Virus record (IMG/VR): IMGVR_UViG_3300026549_000895
Location: 96,001 to 160,000 of that record
DNA: 64,000 nucleotides
Origin: a virus
Lineage: Duplodnaviria > Caudoviricetes
Reading direction: 5' to 3' (one strand)
In this document: one piece after another, positions 1 to 9,212 of the stretch
Position numbering within the stretch: the stretch's first letter is position 1
How the letters are laid out: each line of letters starts with the position of its first letter
Made by a program: the position numbers and the translations under genes
Notes under the pieces: generated by a model
What the model was told of the DNA's origin: nothing
What the model saw: the letters and a program-made list of their open reading frames with translations, nothing else
Database searches by the model: none

Positions 1-385
1 CGTTATGATAATATGATTGAATCTTATATGGAACATCCAGAAATCGTTCTTTGTTTTTGGATATAATTGATTCATATAATCTATATGGATAAAAGAGTTC
101 ATCCAGTTCTTCTATACCTAAACTCTTGTGCTGTATGTTCTGTGTATCATCTTTGTTCTCTATCAAGTAAAGGTCGTCTTCATGTCCAATTGCAAAGGGA
201 TTGCCTTGGACTAAAACAATTTCCCATTCTGTTAAATCATTTTTGTTTATAATCGTATGTGCCTTTTCGTCGCGTTTCTTTGGTTGCTCGAGCATGTAGA
301 CATGAGATGCCCGAACTTCTTGTACATCTACAAGTATTCCAGCCCATCTATCAACTATGCCACGCCATTTCAGATCATCTATCAT
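1..385 (-). CDS. Hypothetical protein, runs off the window edge; tandem paralog of 471..1112
   Basis: Not in the ORF track. I translated it from the ATG at 385, which follows a GGAGG RBS: MIDDLKWRGIVDRWAG...KNDLTEWEI...LGIEELDELFYPYRLYESII. This matches ERW...KKDLSLWKI...LNILELDEEFYTRARYEQII of the neighbour. Confidence 0.75.
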   Translation of the reverse strand, partial: MIDDLKWRGIVDRWAGILVDVQEVRASHVYMLEQPKKRDEKAHTIINKNDLTEWEIVLVQGNPFAIGHEDDLYLIENKDDTQNIQHKSLGIEELDELFYPYRLYESIISKNKERFLDVPYKIQSYYHN

Positions 386-421
386 TTATCATTACCTCCG
401 ATAAATTTATTGTAAAAAATA

Positions 422-444
422 TTAGGGGGGTGTGAACCCCCTAA
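422..444. terminator. Intrinsic terminator-like hairpin
   Basis: TTAGGGGG-N-CCCCCTAA stem between genes. Confidence 0.6.
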
Positions 445-470
445 ATTAATACAGTATTACATAATCGAAT

Positions 471-1112
471 TCATTTTATAATGCCTTCGTTTTGTAATAT
501 TTTGAGTATCTCAAGTTTTTCTTCAAGCAATCCTCTTGGGTTTTCCACACCATCAAGAATTTCTGCTTTGGACAAATTCAACAATCTGGAGTACACCTTG
601 GGTAGTTCTGGTTCTTCTGAATCAGAAAACAGAATAAAATCCATTCTATAAATGTATAAGTCTTCATTTATTTTCTGCTGGAATGTGAATCGAAAACTTT
701 CTGGAATCTCATTGTCGGGCCTTATTTCAGAAGGCACATCCAGAAATGCTTTTCTGTTTTCTGATATAATTTGTTCATATCGAGCTCGAGTATAAAACTC
801 TTCATCGAGTTCAAGTATATTCAAACTTTTTGGGTTTGAACATTTATAGTCATCTTCTTTAAATAAAAGAAAGCACATAGACAACTCTGGTCGATTTGTT
901 GTTGGATCGTCATTATATGTATTGATTTTCCATAATGAAAGATCCTTTTTGCATATCGCATCAAATATGTATGGACGCTCATCTTTGTCAGGATCTTTCA
1001 TAGTCATTCCGATACCTGGGCCATTACTAACATATTTGATAGCTTGAAAATGACGTAATGTTTTTATCCATCTTTCCTGAGCAAATACTATTTTCTGTTC
1101 ATCTGTCATCAT
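471..1112 (-). CDS. Hypothetical protein
   Basis: 213 aa ORF coupled to upstream gene; paralog downstream. Confidence 0.8.
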   Translation of the reverse strand: MMTDEQKIVFAQERWIKTLRHFQAIKYVSNGPGIGMTMKDPDKDERPYIFDAICKKDLSLWKINTYNDDPTTNRPELSMCFLLFKEDDYKCSNPKSLNILELDEEFYTRARYEQIISENRKAFLDVPSEIRPDNEIPESFRFTFQQKINEDLYIYRMDFILFSDSEEPELPKVYSRLLNLSKAEILDGVENPRGLLEEKLEILKILQNEGIIK

Positions 1113-1483
1113 TATTCCCTCCTATCGAATATGCAGAATGGACCACATACATACCTAAAGTTCAGAGATTTCTTTTCCTTGCTCTTCTTTGACTTGGACA
1201 TCAATTCAAAGAATATAACACACTTTCCTGTGTGATGAATATATTCAACAGCCTTTTGTAATTTCAGACCGCTGAAATGCAGACCTGTTACGAAAGCTCG
1301 TAAATGAAAGATATCAATCCTATCATTGTCTGTTATATATTTCTTTTTCAAATTATCCATCAAATTATCAACGAATTTATTGAAGTTTTCTTTGGAAAGA
1401 TTCCAGTCGCATCCTACGGTAAATCCAACATGGTTTGTCGGCATTCCCTTTATAGATACTCGAATATATTTTCGTGTGCTCAT
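1112..1483 (-). CDS. Hypothetical protein
   Basis: 123 aa ORF with ATGA overlap in the operon. Confidence 0.7.
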   Translation of the reverse strand: MSTRKYIRVSIKGMPTNHVGFTVGCDWNLSKENFNKFVDNLMDNLKKKYITDNDRIDIFHLRAFVTGLHFSGLKLQKAVEYIHHTGKCVIFFELMSKSKKSKEKKSLNFRYVCGPFCIFDRRE

Positions 1484-1944
1484 ATATAATCATCGCTCCC
1501 TTGTATTTGTTTCATGAACTTTTCAAGTTCCTTTCGTTTTTCAATATTGATATCATGAACCGGACCCATATACACTCCGGACAAACGAAGAGTTTTCAGT
1601 TTGTTAAGTTGTGTCTGATTTGGCTCTCCTCGATATCCTTGGGACCATACTGCGATGCATCCGGTTTTTGCACAAAGATATTCACACATGTCAAGTGATG
1701 CTGTCCACGCAGCTTCAACGATTTCTTTTTTCGTTTTTTCATAATTGTCAACGCCAAATCTGCTCATGTAGATTTCGCATAGTTTGTGAGTATGACTTGG
1801 CACAGCATAGAAAATCTCCCCGTTTTCATCAATGATCACTTCGAGATATGAAACGAAAGTTTCCTTATGCGTATTAATATCAAACGGAGAATTCAAAACT
1901 TCTTGCTGTCTTTCAAAGCTCGGTTGTTCCCACATGATAATCAC
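1480..1944 (-). CDS. Hypothetical phage protein
   Basis: 154 aa ORF with RBS. Confidence 0.75.
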   Translation of the reverse strand: MIIMWEQPSFERQQEVLNSPFDINTHKETFVSYLEVIIDENGEIFYAVPSHTHKLCEIYMSRFGVDNYEKTKKEIVEAAWTASLDMCEYLCAKTGCIAVWSQGYRGEPNQTQLNKLKTLRLSGVYMGPVHDINIEKRKELEKFMKQIQGSDDYI

Positions 1945-1959
1945 TTCCCTTTATGGCTA

Positions 1960-2391
1960 TTAATATCCCTGTGCGTCCATTATCTTTTGAACAGCCTTTC
2001 TTTCAGCCATACCTTTCTTTGTTGTGCCCGGAAGGACATGTTTGAAAGAGTTAATATAATTTGGTAACATTGCAATGGGGATTAATTCCCCATTGTAAAA
2101 GTTACCATTGTTAGCCGATCTTGGATATGTACGGTATACGCCATTTATATCATAAGCGACATTATCGAGCATCCATACGATATGTCTATCATCTCTTGTC
2201 ATGTATATTTCACCACGACCATCAAAAGCTTCTTTCAGTATTATGGCGAAATAATAACAGAAGCCTCTGGAAAAAACAGCAGATACAGCATCGATTTCTT
2301 CCTGTTGGAATTCGCCAAATAGAGTTGCGAAATTATCAATGAATTCTATTATTACTTTTTTGGATCTTGAAGAAATATGTAAACCTTCCAT
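1960..2391 (-). CDS. Phage protein with possible Cys-His-Asp (papain/transglutaminase-like) triad
   Basis: Motifs GFCYYFA, HIVW and YDING in catalytic-triad order; function is inference. Confidence 0.5.
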   Translation of the reverse strand: MEGLHISSRSKKVIIEFIDNFATLFGEFQQEEIDAVSAVFSRGFCYYFAIILKEAFDGRGEIYMTRDDRHIVWMLDNVAYDINGVYRTYPRSANNGNFYNGELIPIAMLPNYINSFKHVLPGTTKKGMAERKAVQKIMDAQGY

Positions 2392-2394
2392 ATA

Positions 2395-2751
2395 TCATTC
2401 TCCTTTTTCATCATCATTATCAGCTTCGATTATTGGCGGAATTATTTTCGGTAATTCAAAATATTTGATATCCTTACATAAAGCTTTAGCAAATTCGATC
2501 TCTTCTTTTGTTGAATCGCCAATATATCCTCCTTTATTCACAACAAGAATAGCATCGGACATAGCGATCATATCACGATGAATATCAACCAACAGATCTT
2601 TGAGATCAGGACGTTCTTCATTACTGTAATAGCAATGAGGCATCAGAACTATCCAACCCATTTTTGTATATTCTGAAGCGAGCTGCTGAAATAAATCGCG
2701 GAAACGTGTTGAACCGCAAAATGTTATTATTTTTCTTTTATTACCTGACAT
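2395..2751 (-). CDS. Nucleoside 2-deoxyribosyltransferase-like (DUF4406-type) protein
   Basis: KIITFCGSTRF...IAMSDAILVVNKGGYIGDSTKEEIEFA, an NDT-like pattern. Confidence 0.65.
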   Translation of the reverse strand: MSGNKRKIITFCGSTRFRDLFQQLASEYTKMGWIVLMPHCYYSNEERPDLKDLLVDIHRDMIAMSDAILVVNKGGYIGDSTKEEIEFAKALCKDIKYFELPKIIPPIIEADNDDEKGE

Positions 2752-2754
2752 ATA

Positions 2755-3825
2755 TTATTCCTCCTCTTCATTGATATGGTCATATAATGCACCAACGATT
2801 TCTTCCATTCCGTCAGCCAAACTATTATCGACTTTTGAAATTGATGAACCAATGGTGTGAATCATTATTGGCATATCCGGATCTTTTTGTGGTGATTGTT
2901 TGATACATGATTCTACTATCGGGAAAGTATTGTCATCCATATCCTTCATAATACTCTTAATGGTTTTGGTTAAAACCTCGCTTTCCTCATCGGTATAACC
3001 AATTGACTTTCCATTCTTATTACAGAACCATATGAATCCATATCCCGCTAAACGGTGAATCATTTTCAAATTTTTTCGTCTGATTTCTTCGTCGATGCAG
3101 CACATATAATATTCCATGCTGTTTCTATCGATTGTTCCATGCGGAATTATAATTTGAGAAATTCCATGTAATCGACAATGTGGATCTGAATATTGTCCGT
3201 ATTTGTACATATTCATACGAACAAACATATTCAATAGAATTTCAATATTCTCATCTTCGATATATTCCGTTGGTAGAATGATTGTCCAATGGACATATGC
3301 GTGACGGAAGTCCGATGCTTCTTCAGCCATATAATCTGTGTATATGTGATTGATGTAATCATGTAATAATTCGCATATTGAGATATCATTCATATCAAGT
3401 GATTCATTCTCATTGTCATGAGTCGTTATGAACTCTTCTATTACATGTTTCAGAACTATATCATTCTTTTCATCCTGATACAGAAAAGCATATATTGAAT
3501 CTTCAACACACTTTAACTGTAGATTTGGTGTCTTGACTTCTGTCATATGTTTTGCAACGATATGACAGTAAGTCGTCCACATACTTAAATCGTCCTTTGG
3601 TATTTTTGCACATACGAAAAGACGATTATCAGGCTGAGGATTATACTCAATCTTGTCAGAATTATCTTCCATCTCCCCGTAATCCGTGGAGATTGGTATT
3701 GGAACTATCATTGGTGTGTCTTGAGTCATCATTATTCCATCGATTAAATCTTCTGGAAACTGTAACAATGTATCTACTGTTTGAGTTCCGTTTGCATATA
3801 ATAGGTATACATTTTTGGTGTTCAT
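2755..3825 (-). CDS. Hypothetical protein
   Basis: 356 aa ORF with GGAGG RBS. Confidence 0.8.
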   Translation of the reverse strand: MNTKNVYLLYANGTQTVDTLLQFPEDLIDGIMMTQDTPMIVPIPISTDYGEMEDNSDKIEYNPQPDNRLFVCAKIPKDDLSMWTTYCHIVAKHMTEVKTPNLQLKCVEDSIYAFLYQDEKNDIVLKHVIEEFITTHDNENESLDMNDISICELLHDYINHIYTDYMAEEASDFRHAYVHWTIILPTEYIEDENIEILLNMFVRMNMYKYGQYSDPHCRLHGISQIIIPHGTIDRNSMEYYMCCIDEEIRRKNLKMIHRLAGYGFIWFCNKNGKSIGYTDEESEVLTKTIKSIMKDMDDNTFPIVESCIKQSPQKDPDMPIMIHTIGSSISKVDNSLADGMEEIVGALYDHINEEEE

Positions 3826-3843
3826 AATTTTTTAACCTCCTAT

Positions 3844-4245
3844 TTAGCTAAAATCCATTTTCTGAACAATCAACAAAATATCGGCATACACACTGTGAGG
3901 TTCTGGATGAATGAATTTGTAAAATATTGACACATCCAAAGTTTTAGTATCGTTGATATTATTCACAACGGGTTCGATAAACATTTCATTGTGGCAAATT
4001 GTCATACTTTTGAAATTCTCAATATATGCTGATACAAAGAGTTTCAGATCCGTGAATGTACATTTACTGTCTTCTCGATAAATCTTATCGAAATCGATAT
4101 CGATATTTTGAGTAATAAATCTCTCATATTTTTCAATTCCGAATATTGAGAAATCTTCATCATAGATTTCTATGAAAGGATGTTTTATCTTCTTTGGGAG
4201 AGCTTTTCCTTCATAGATTATTTTGTAATCTTTTAAATTTTTCAT
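3844..4245 (-). CDS. Hypothetical protein
   Basis: 133 aa ORF with AGGAGG RBS. Confidence 0.75.
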   Translation of the reverse strand: MKNLKDYKIIYEGKALPKKIKHPFIEIYDEDFSIFGIEKYERFITQNIDIDFDKIYREDSKCTFTDLKLFVSAYIENFKSMTICHNEMFIEPVVNNINDTKTLDVSIFYKFIHPEPHSVYADILLIVQKMDFS

Positions 4246-4432
4246 GAAAGCCTCCTGACGATTTGTTTTTCCACTTTCTCGAAGTGTTTACATAAAGAAT
4301 TTGACAGATGTACTTTGGAGCACATCTGTCGATATTGATGTTTGATGGACGTCTTACCGAAAGATCCTATAGTCAACATTTTCCAATTCGTTCTTTTCTT
4401 ATCAACAACGAATTTCATCAAATATTGACGAA

Positions 4433-4577
4433 CTGACGATTTGTTCTTACTCAAGGAATCTATTGATTCCAGACAGTAAGCTATCACCCGGTGTCGAATC
4501 CGGGCTAATTACAGATTAAATATTAATCGTCTTTTTCCTTTTCTTAATATTTTTCAACATAATATACTTAATCCATT
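4433..4577 (-). ncRNA. TnpB omegaRNA (reRNA) scaffold; guide predicted at 4432 to ~4413
   Basis: Overlaps the tnpB 3' end. Hairpins CCCGG-ATTCGACA-CCGGG, CTTACT/AGTAAG and GGAATC/GATTCC, plus GACGATT/AATCGTC pairing. A conserved second copy lies at 62483-62626. Confidence 0.8.
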
Positions 4578-5738
4578 GATGTAATTAAATGCATATTGTT
4601 TAAGATTGATAGCAGCATTGATATCTCTATCAATTGTTAAACCACATTCATTACATTTATAAATCCGATCTTTTAATTTCAAATCGGATTTGATATTTCC
4701 GCATTTGGAACATCTTTTAGATGATGGAAACCATTTGTTTGCCAATATCAATTTATGATGTGGAATTCGTTCTTGTTTGTATAATAGCATTTCACGAAAC
4801 ATACCAAATCCATTATCCATTGTGGATTTTCCAAGATGTAAACATTGTGACATACCCTTCATGTTGATATCCTCAACACAAATTATTCTAAACTTCTTGG
4901 TTATCGAAGTTGATAATTTGTGTAAGAAATCTCTTCTTTGATTGGATATTTTCTCATGAAGAACTCTTATTCTTTGTAATGTTTTATCTCTATTAACACT
5001 TCCTTTCTGCTGTCTTGAGAATTTCTTTTGTAGTATTCGTAATTTTTGTTGGTTACTTCTATAATACTTTGGATAGTTGGCTTTATTGCTATTACTATCA
5101 ACATACAGCGAAGATGATGAATAATCAATTCCAAGAATATTAATATTCTTATCTTTATTCTTTTGAATATTATCAATACCAATTGAATATTGGAAACATA
5201 TTGAACAATAATATTTGTTTGTAATGGATTTGGATATTGTAATATGTCTTATTTTCCAATTGTCCGGAATATTCTTTTCTCTTGGATTGTATTTAACCCA
5301 TCCAAGACATGGAATCTTTATTTGATGATTATCATTGTCAATATGACAATCTTTCCATGCGTTATAATTTGAATATGAATTCTTACAATACTTCTTAGAT
5401 TTGAATCTTGGAAAACTTTTTGGTCTTCCATCCTTCCTCATTTTAATATTACTATTCTTGATATTTTCAAAATATCTTGAAAATGATTCGCGTAGAAATT
5501 GTTTTGTATTAGATACAGCATGTCTATCAAAGCGGTATTCTTTATTATCTTTTGATAACCATGAATTTTGTAATACAATATCGCCATAATTAGGAATTCT
5601 TAGTTGACCTTCATCAAATGATTTTATGGATAATTCCAACATTTGATTCCATACAAACCTACAAACATTGAATGTGTTATTGATAATGATTAATTGATTA
5701 TCATCTGGATAGATACGAATCTTTCTGGATGTTATCAA
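4554..5738 (-). CDS. tnpB: TnpB RNA-guided endonuclease, catalytic residues intact
   Basis: N-terminal KIRIYP...CRFVWN; RuvC-I GID, RuvC-II VEDIN, zinc finger CSKCG/CNECG, RuvC-III DRDINAAINL. Confidence 0.95.
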   Translation of the reverse strand: MITSRKIRIYPDDNQLIIINNTFNVCRFVWNQMLELSIKSFDEGQLRIPNYGDIVLQNSWLSKDNKEYRFDRHAVSNTKQFLRESFSRYFENIKNSNIKMRKDGRPKSFPRFKSKKYCKNSYSNYNAWKDCHIDNDNHQIKIPCLGWVKYNPREKNIPDNWKIRHITISKSITNKYYCSICFQYSIGIDNIQKNKDKNINILGIDYSSSSLYVDSNSNKANYPKYYRSNQQKLRILQKKFSRQQKGSVNRDKTLQRIRVLHEKISNQRRDFLHKLSTSITKKFRIICVEDINMKGMSQCLHLGKSTMDNGFGMFREMLLYKQERIPHHKLILANKWFPSSKRCSKCGNIKSDLKLKDRIYKCNECGLTIDRDINAAINLKQYAFNYINGLSILC

Positions 5739-5909
5739 ATCATCAATTGTCTCCTTTCTTTTTCTGTTTTCTCATACAAACAATATACATTTGTTTGTAT
5801 TGGAATCGGGGAATATTTGAATATTTTAATCGAATGGCTCTTTCCAACAATACTCGAGCGAATCTGGTTGAATTCTTGATTAAGCCTTTCTTTTTCTTTA
5901 TTCTGGTAT

Positions 5910-6374
5910 TCATTCTGGATGATACATTCCCTTCTCTCCTTTATTATGCATCCAAAGATTCAGTATACCAACGGCTGAGACATTAGATGGTACCCCATAA
6001 TCGATCGTGGCATTAGTTAGTGTGACAAGATTGTATCTTTTACATATCTCACGAGTTTCATCTTTTATCATGTTTGATATACATTCGTGATGTTGGGATT
6101 CTCCAACCTCAACATCGCATATGTAGTCTAAGTTAAAATCAAACATGATTCCGGTTACATTACATATTTCCTGAAGAGCTTTTAAAATATCATATGTTAA
6201 TATAATATCAACCTTTTTTCCTTCTGGGATGGTAGTGTAAATAAGTTGAATCATTTCGCACAAAGTTTTGATGTGCTCGTCAACATTATTGACGTTTGCA
6301 ATATATTTAGCGGCACTATAAACAGTGCCCTCCCTATACATTAATACTTTACTCATTATATACCAGACCTCCAT
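5910..6374 (-). CDS. Hypothetical protein
   Basis: 154 aa ORF in operon. Confidence 0.7.
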   Translation of the reverse strand: MEVWYIMSKVLMYREGTVYSAAKYIANVNNVDEHIKTLCEMIQLIYTTIPEGKKVDIILTYDILKALQEICNVTGIMFDFNLDYICDVEVGESQHHECISNMIKDETREICKRYNLVTLTNATIDYGVPSNVSAVGILNLWMHNKGEKGMYHPE

Positions 6375-6786
6375 CTTCCGTCACGGAAATATTCTCAAAT
6401 GGAAATTCTGTAGCGAATGTACTGCAGATTATTGTTAATTTAAAAACCGTAAGAGGAGGCTGATCTTCGTTGAAAAGATTTTTTGATTTATAAACATAAT
6501 CAATATATTTCTTTTTTATCAACACATCTGCATCCATGTGATGGTCGAACAGAGATGAAAATGTTTTGGTTTTTATCCAATCATTTTCATTTTCTGATAT
6601 GATGAGTTTCATAAACTCATTCCAATCAACGTTTTCTTCTTTGTCAATATGATGAGTATTGGTGTGCTTATTTTCGTCATATTGTCCGGAAGTATAGAGG
6701 AATATACTTCCATCTGGATAATGCTTAAAACATATGATTGAATCAATGTTGATTATCAAGTTCTCTGTAAGTTTTTTAAATCTCAT
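6349..6786 (-). CDS. Hypothetical protein
   Basis: 145 aa ORF with ATGA overlap. Confidence 0.7.
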   Translation of the reverse strand: MRFKKLTENLIINIDSIICFKHYPDGSIFLYTSGQYDENKHTNTHHIDKEENVDWNEFMKLIISENENDWIKTKTFSSLFDHHMDADVLIKKKYIDYVYKSKNLFNEDQPPLTVFKLTIICSTFATEFPFENISVTEDGGLVYNE

Positions 6787-7553
6787 TTTTCTTCCTCCTT
6801 TGATAAGCCAAGAATATCATCGATTGCTTCTTTTGTTTCTTTCCTTATTTCATCGATAGCATCTTTGGGTATTGATGCATCAACATCTGGAAAACCATCA
6901 ACAGGAACGCCTTTCTCCCAATTTTCATAAAGTCGTCTCCTCAAATTACTCAGAACATGTTGCATCATATCGTGTCCATGATGAATATTATACCGGGTCG
7001 AATCAATCTCATCATCAAATATATTATCGATGTAAAGATTCTTTCCTTTTATACGGTGAATCTCACCCATGCAATTATGAAGATACAATGCTGCCTCATC
7101 ATCCGTCATCTTCATCTGTGTAGGATATGCAGCGTTATATAATGCTGATAACCTTAGATGAGGCGGGACTCCTTTCCATGAAACGTATGGACTATAGCGG
7201 TCTTTTACAACCTCCACTTTCAGACCTGATTCCGGAAGTGTCACTGCCATGGATTGTGACACTTCTTTTTCGATTATACGTGATCCGGCGACTTCGGAAA
7301 AGTTTTCTTCGAAGAGTCTTTTGTTTATGTCAATTACTTTTTTATCCTGACAAAGTTTATCTGGATTTTGTTCGGCAACTGAACAGATATATTTAATATC
7401 ATTGATTTTATTGAGAATCATATCATCTGAATTTGGTACTGATGAGAAATAAAATGTAAGGTTTTCACAAGTAGTTTTTAACATCTTGCAGAACTTTCTG
7501 AGTTCCTTATTTTCACGAGTTCTCCTCTTTTTTCTTATCCTTTTATTTGCCAT
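6783..7553 (-). CDS. Hypothetical protein with basic NKRIRKK N-terminus
   Basis: 256 aa ORF with AAGGAG RBS. Confidence 0.8.
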   Translation of the reverse strand: MANKRIRKKRRTRENKELRKFCKMLKTTCENLTFYFSSVPNSDDMILNKINDIKYICSVAEQNPDKLCQDKKVIDINKRLFEENFSEVAGSRIIEKEVSQSMAVTLPESGLKVEVVKDRYSPYVSWKGVPPHLRLSALYNAAYPTQMKMTDDEAALYLHNCMGEIHRIKGKNLYIDNIFDDEIDSTRYNIHHGHDMMQHVLSNLRRRLYENWEKGVPVDGFPDVDASIPKDAIDEIRKETKEAIDDILGLSKEEEK

Positions 7554-7905
7554 CTCCTTGGGTCTCCTTTCTATATCTTGTCATGAAGTGAGCCTTTGTC
7601 TCATAATGACATTCGATTTTATCGAAGTCAATACCGAATCTCTCTTCGTATCTTTTTCTCACGTCTTCCTCTCTAACTTTCTCACCAAAGAAGTGAGTCA
7701 TTGATGAAATGAGAACATATTTATCAAAGAACTCTTTGATTTGCTCATCTGAGTAACCCAGATTGTCCAATGCTCCGACAGCCATAATGGCTGCGGATAT
7801 AGCGGCTGAATCTACACAGTTTGAGAATACCTCATACTGGAAATCCAGTCTTGTCTGTTCTCTGCACTTCTGGCAGTCAATTATGTTTCTTGCGCGTGAT
7901 TTCAT
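7543..7905 (-). CDS. Hypothetical protein, first gene of operon
   Basis: 120 aa ORF with RBS, downstream of a class A promoter motif. Confidence 0.75.
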   Translation of the reverse strand: MKSRARNIIDCQKCREQTRLDFQYEVFSNCVDSAAISAAIMAVGALDNLGYSDEQIKEFFDKYVLISSMTHFFGEKVREEDVRKRYEERFGIDFDKIECHYETKAHFMTRYRKETQGDGK

Positions 7906-7959
7906 TTTTAATTACTCCTATCCTATTATAGATTTAATGGAATACTTTAATTCCATCAC

Positions 7960-7974
7960 ATTAAAAATATACAT
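7960..7974 (-). promoter_or_regulatory. Class A (putative early) phage promoter ATGTATATTTTTAAT
   Basis: Motif recurs at operon heads at 12639, 22326, 25325, 29372, 38635 and 57751. Confidence 0.65.
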
Positions 7975-8041
7975 TTATAAAGTCAAAAAGTTATTATCAA
8001 AATAAAAATTTTAACCGCGAAATAAGTTCAAAGAATCAATA

Positions 8042-8053
8042 AACATTTAAATA
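8042..8053 (+). promoter_or_regulatory. Class B (putative late) promoter AACA-N6-TA
   Basis: Matches the AR9 late-promoter layout, upstream of 8082. Confidence 0.45.
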
Positions 8054-8081
8054 TTATTTTTATTTAAGGAGGACTTTATTT

Positions 8082-8366
8082 ATGAATGTCATACTTACAA
8101 ATGGAGATATCTCCACATTACCCCAGGAGGAAATTGAAGCATACAAAGAACACGTCAAAAAGAAGTATCCGAATGATTACATTGATGAGTTAATTCTGAC
8201 ACTCGATGGAGATTATGTCAATATGGAAATTCACAAACATGCAAAACCATTTGACAGAATTCGCCGTATAACCGGCTATTTAGTCGGAACTCTTGACAGG
8301 TTCAACAACGGAAAAAGAGCTGAAGAACGTGACAGAGTTAAGCATGGTGTGACGGAGGAATCTTAA
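8082..8366 (+). CDS. Stand-alone C-terminal glycyl-radical domain of class III ribonucleotide reductase (NrdD-like)
   Basis: FDRIRRITGYLVGTLDRFNNGKRAEERDRVKH is the NrdD glycyl-radical loop. Only 94 aa, with its own AAGGAGG RBS. Confidence 0.85.
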   Translation: MNVILTNGDISTLPQEEIEAYKEHVKKKYPNDYIDELILTLDGDYVNMEIHKHAKPFDRIRRITGYLVGTLDRFNNGKRAEERDRVKHGVTEES

Positions 8367-8692
8367 TGCCATCAAGAGAAGAAATATTAAAAAGAGATTT
8401 CTCAGAAGAGTTTGTTACAAAAATGAAAAACTCTATCGAGACATCATTCTACAAATATGGATATACTTCAAAGACATATCCAGAACTTGCTCAAGCATAC
8501 AAGAGTATTCGCAAAAGACTTGAGTTGTATGAAGAAACTCACAATACCGAATACCTTGTGGACATCGCAAATTTTGCGATGATTGAATTCAAATATCCTT
8601 CATTCAAAGATTCTAAATATGACCCAAAGGATTCAGACCAGTCTCCGGGTTTGACCGATGGTATATCATATAAAGAATTGATGGGTGAATGA
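8366..8692 (+). CDS. Phage protein, possibly MazG-like all-alpha NTP pyrophosphohydrolase
   Basis: FYKYG...EYLVDIANFAM motif; function tentative. Confidence 0.45.
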   Translation: MPSREEILKRDFSEEFVTKMKNSIETSFYKYGYTSKTYPELAQAYKSIRKRLELYEETHNTEYLVDIANFAMIEFKYPSFKDSKYDPKDSDQSPGLTDGISYKELMGE

Positions 8693-8725
8693 TAAAATAA
8701 AACTCCAAAGGAAGGTGATCAATAA

Positions 8726-9142
8726 ATGAAACCATCTATCGAAGAGCGTATGCTGAGGCAGATTGGTAAGACACGTAAGTACAATGGTATGTTTGATGCT
8801 GCAGTAACATCTGTAGAAACAACTACTGCTACTACTTCCGTAGAGACCATGGATAATCAGTACACTGTTACCAAGGACCTTTTCAAGGTATACATCCAGT
8901 GCACAGATAACGATTATTCTACAATCATTGTTAGCATCGATTACGAAAATCAGCCGGGTGGATATACTCGTGTTGCTGATTTGTCAATCAATGCCGACGG
9001 TGTATACGAGGAGAATTATCATTCTATTCCTCGTCCGATCCGCACCACAGTATTCAATATCGTCAACAATGCCATTGATGACGTTATTGCATTCATTGAA
9101 GGATTCGATCCTGATGCTGATCCTTCTTCAAACGAAGAATAA
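8726..9142 (+). CDS. Hypothetical protein
   Basis: 138 aa ORF with RBS, followed by a terminator. Confidence 0.75.
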   Translation: MKPSIEERMLRQIGKTRKYNGMFDAAVTSVETTTATTSVETMDNQYTVTKDLFKVYIQCTDNDYSTIIVSIDYENQPGGYTRVADLSINADGVYEENYHSIPRPIRTTVFNIVNNAIDDVIAFIEGFDPDADPSSNEE

Positions 9143-9170
9143 TAAAAACGTTATTCTTACAAAAAGAAAG

Positions 9171-9202
9171 TTATATGGGCTCCCGTGAGGGAGCCCATAT
9201 AA
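9171..9202. terminator. Bidirectional terminator between convergent operons
   Basis: TTATATGGGCTCCC-GTGA-GGGAGCCCATATAA perfect stem. Confidence 0.85.
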
Positions 9203-9212
9203 TCTTTATTGC

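Larger units (their letters stand above)
4433..5804 (-). mobile_element. IS200/IS605-family tnpB-only element (no tnpA)
   Basis: Contains the tnpB ORF and a left-end hairpin ATACAAACAA-ATGTATA-TTGTTTGTAT. The right end ...AAATCGTCAG is defined by loss of homology to the sister copy at 62483. More AT-rich than the flanks. Left end uncertain by a few nt. Confidence 0.8.
4242..5913 (-). pseudogene. Small basic gene (~99 aa) split by the TnpB element
   Basis: The 5' part starts at ATG 5913 (ATGA overlap with the upstream stop; MNTRIKKKKG...YSNIPR). The 3' part ends at TGA 4242 with an ATGA overlap to the next gene. Joining 5805 to 4432 restores one frame (...NIPRFRQYLMKFVVDKK...). Confidence 0.7.

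Noticed and set aside
4433-4487. Shared MIAYCL..KNKSS N-termini of ORFs 4242..4487 and 61836..62537 as a protein family
   Set aside because: This is translation of the omegaRNA repeat from a GTG without an RBS. Both being in frame with the downstream gene is a 1-in-9 coincidence, though translational rescue is not excluded.
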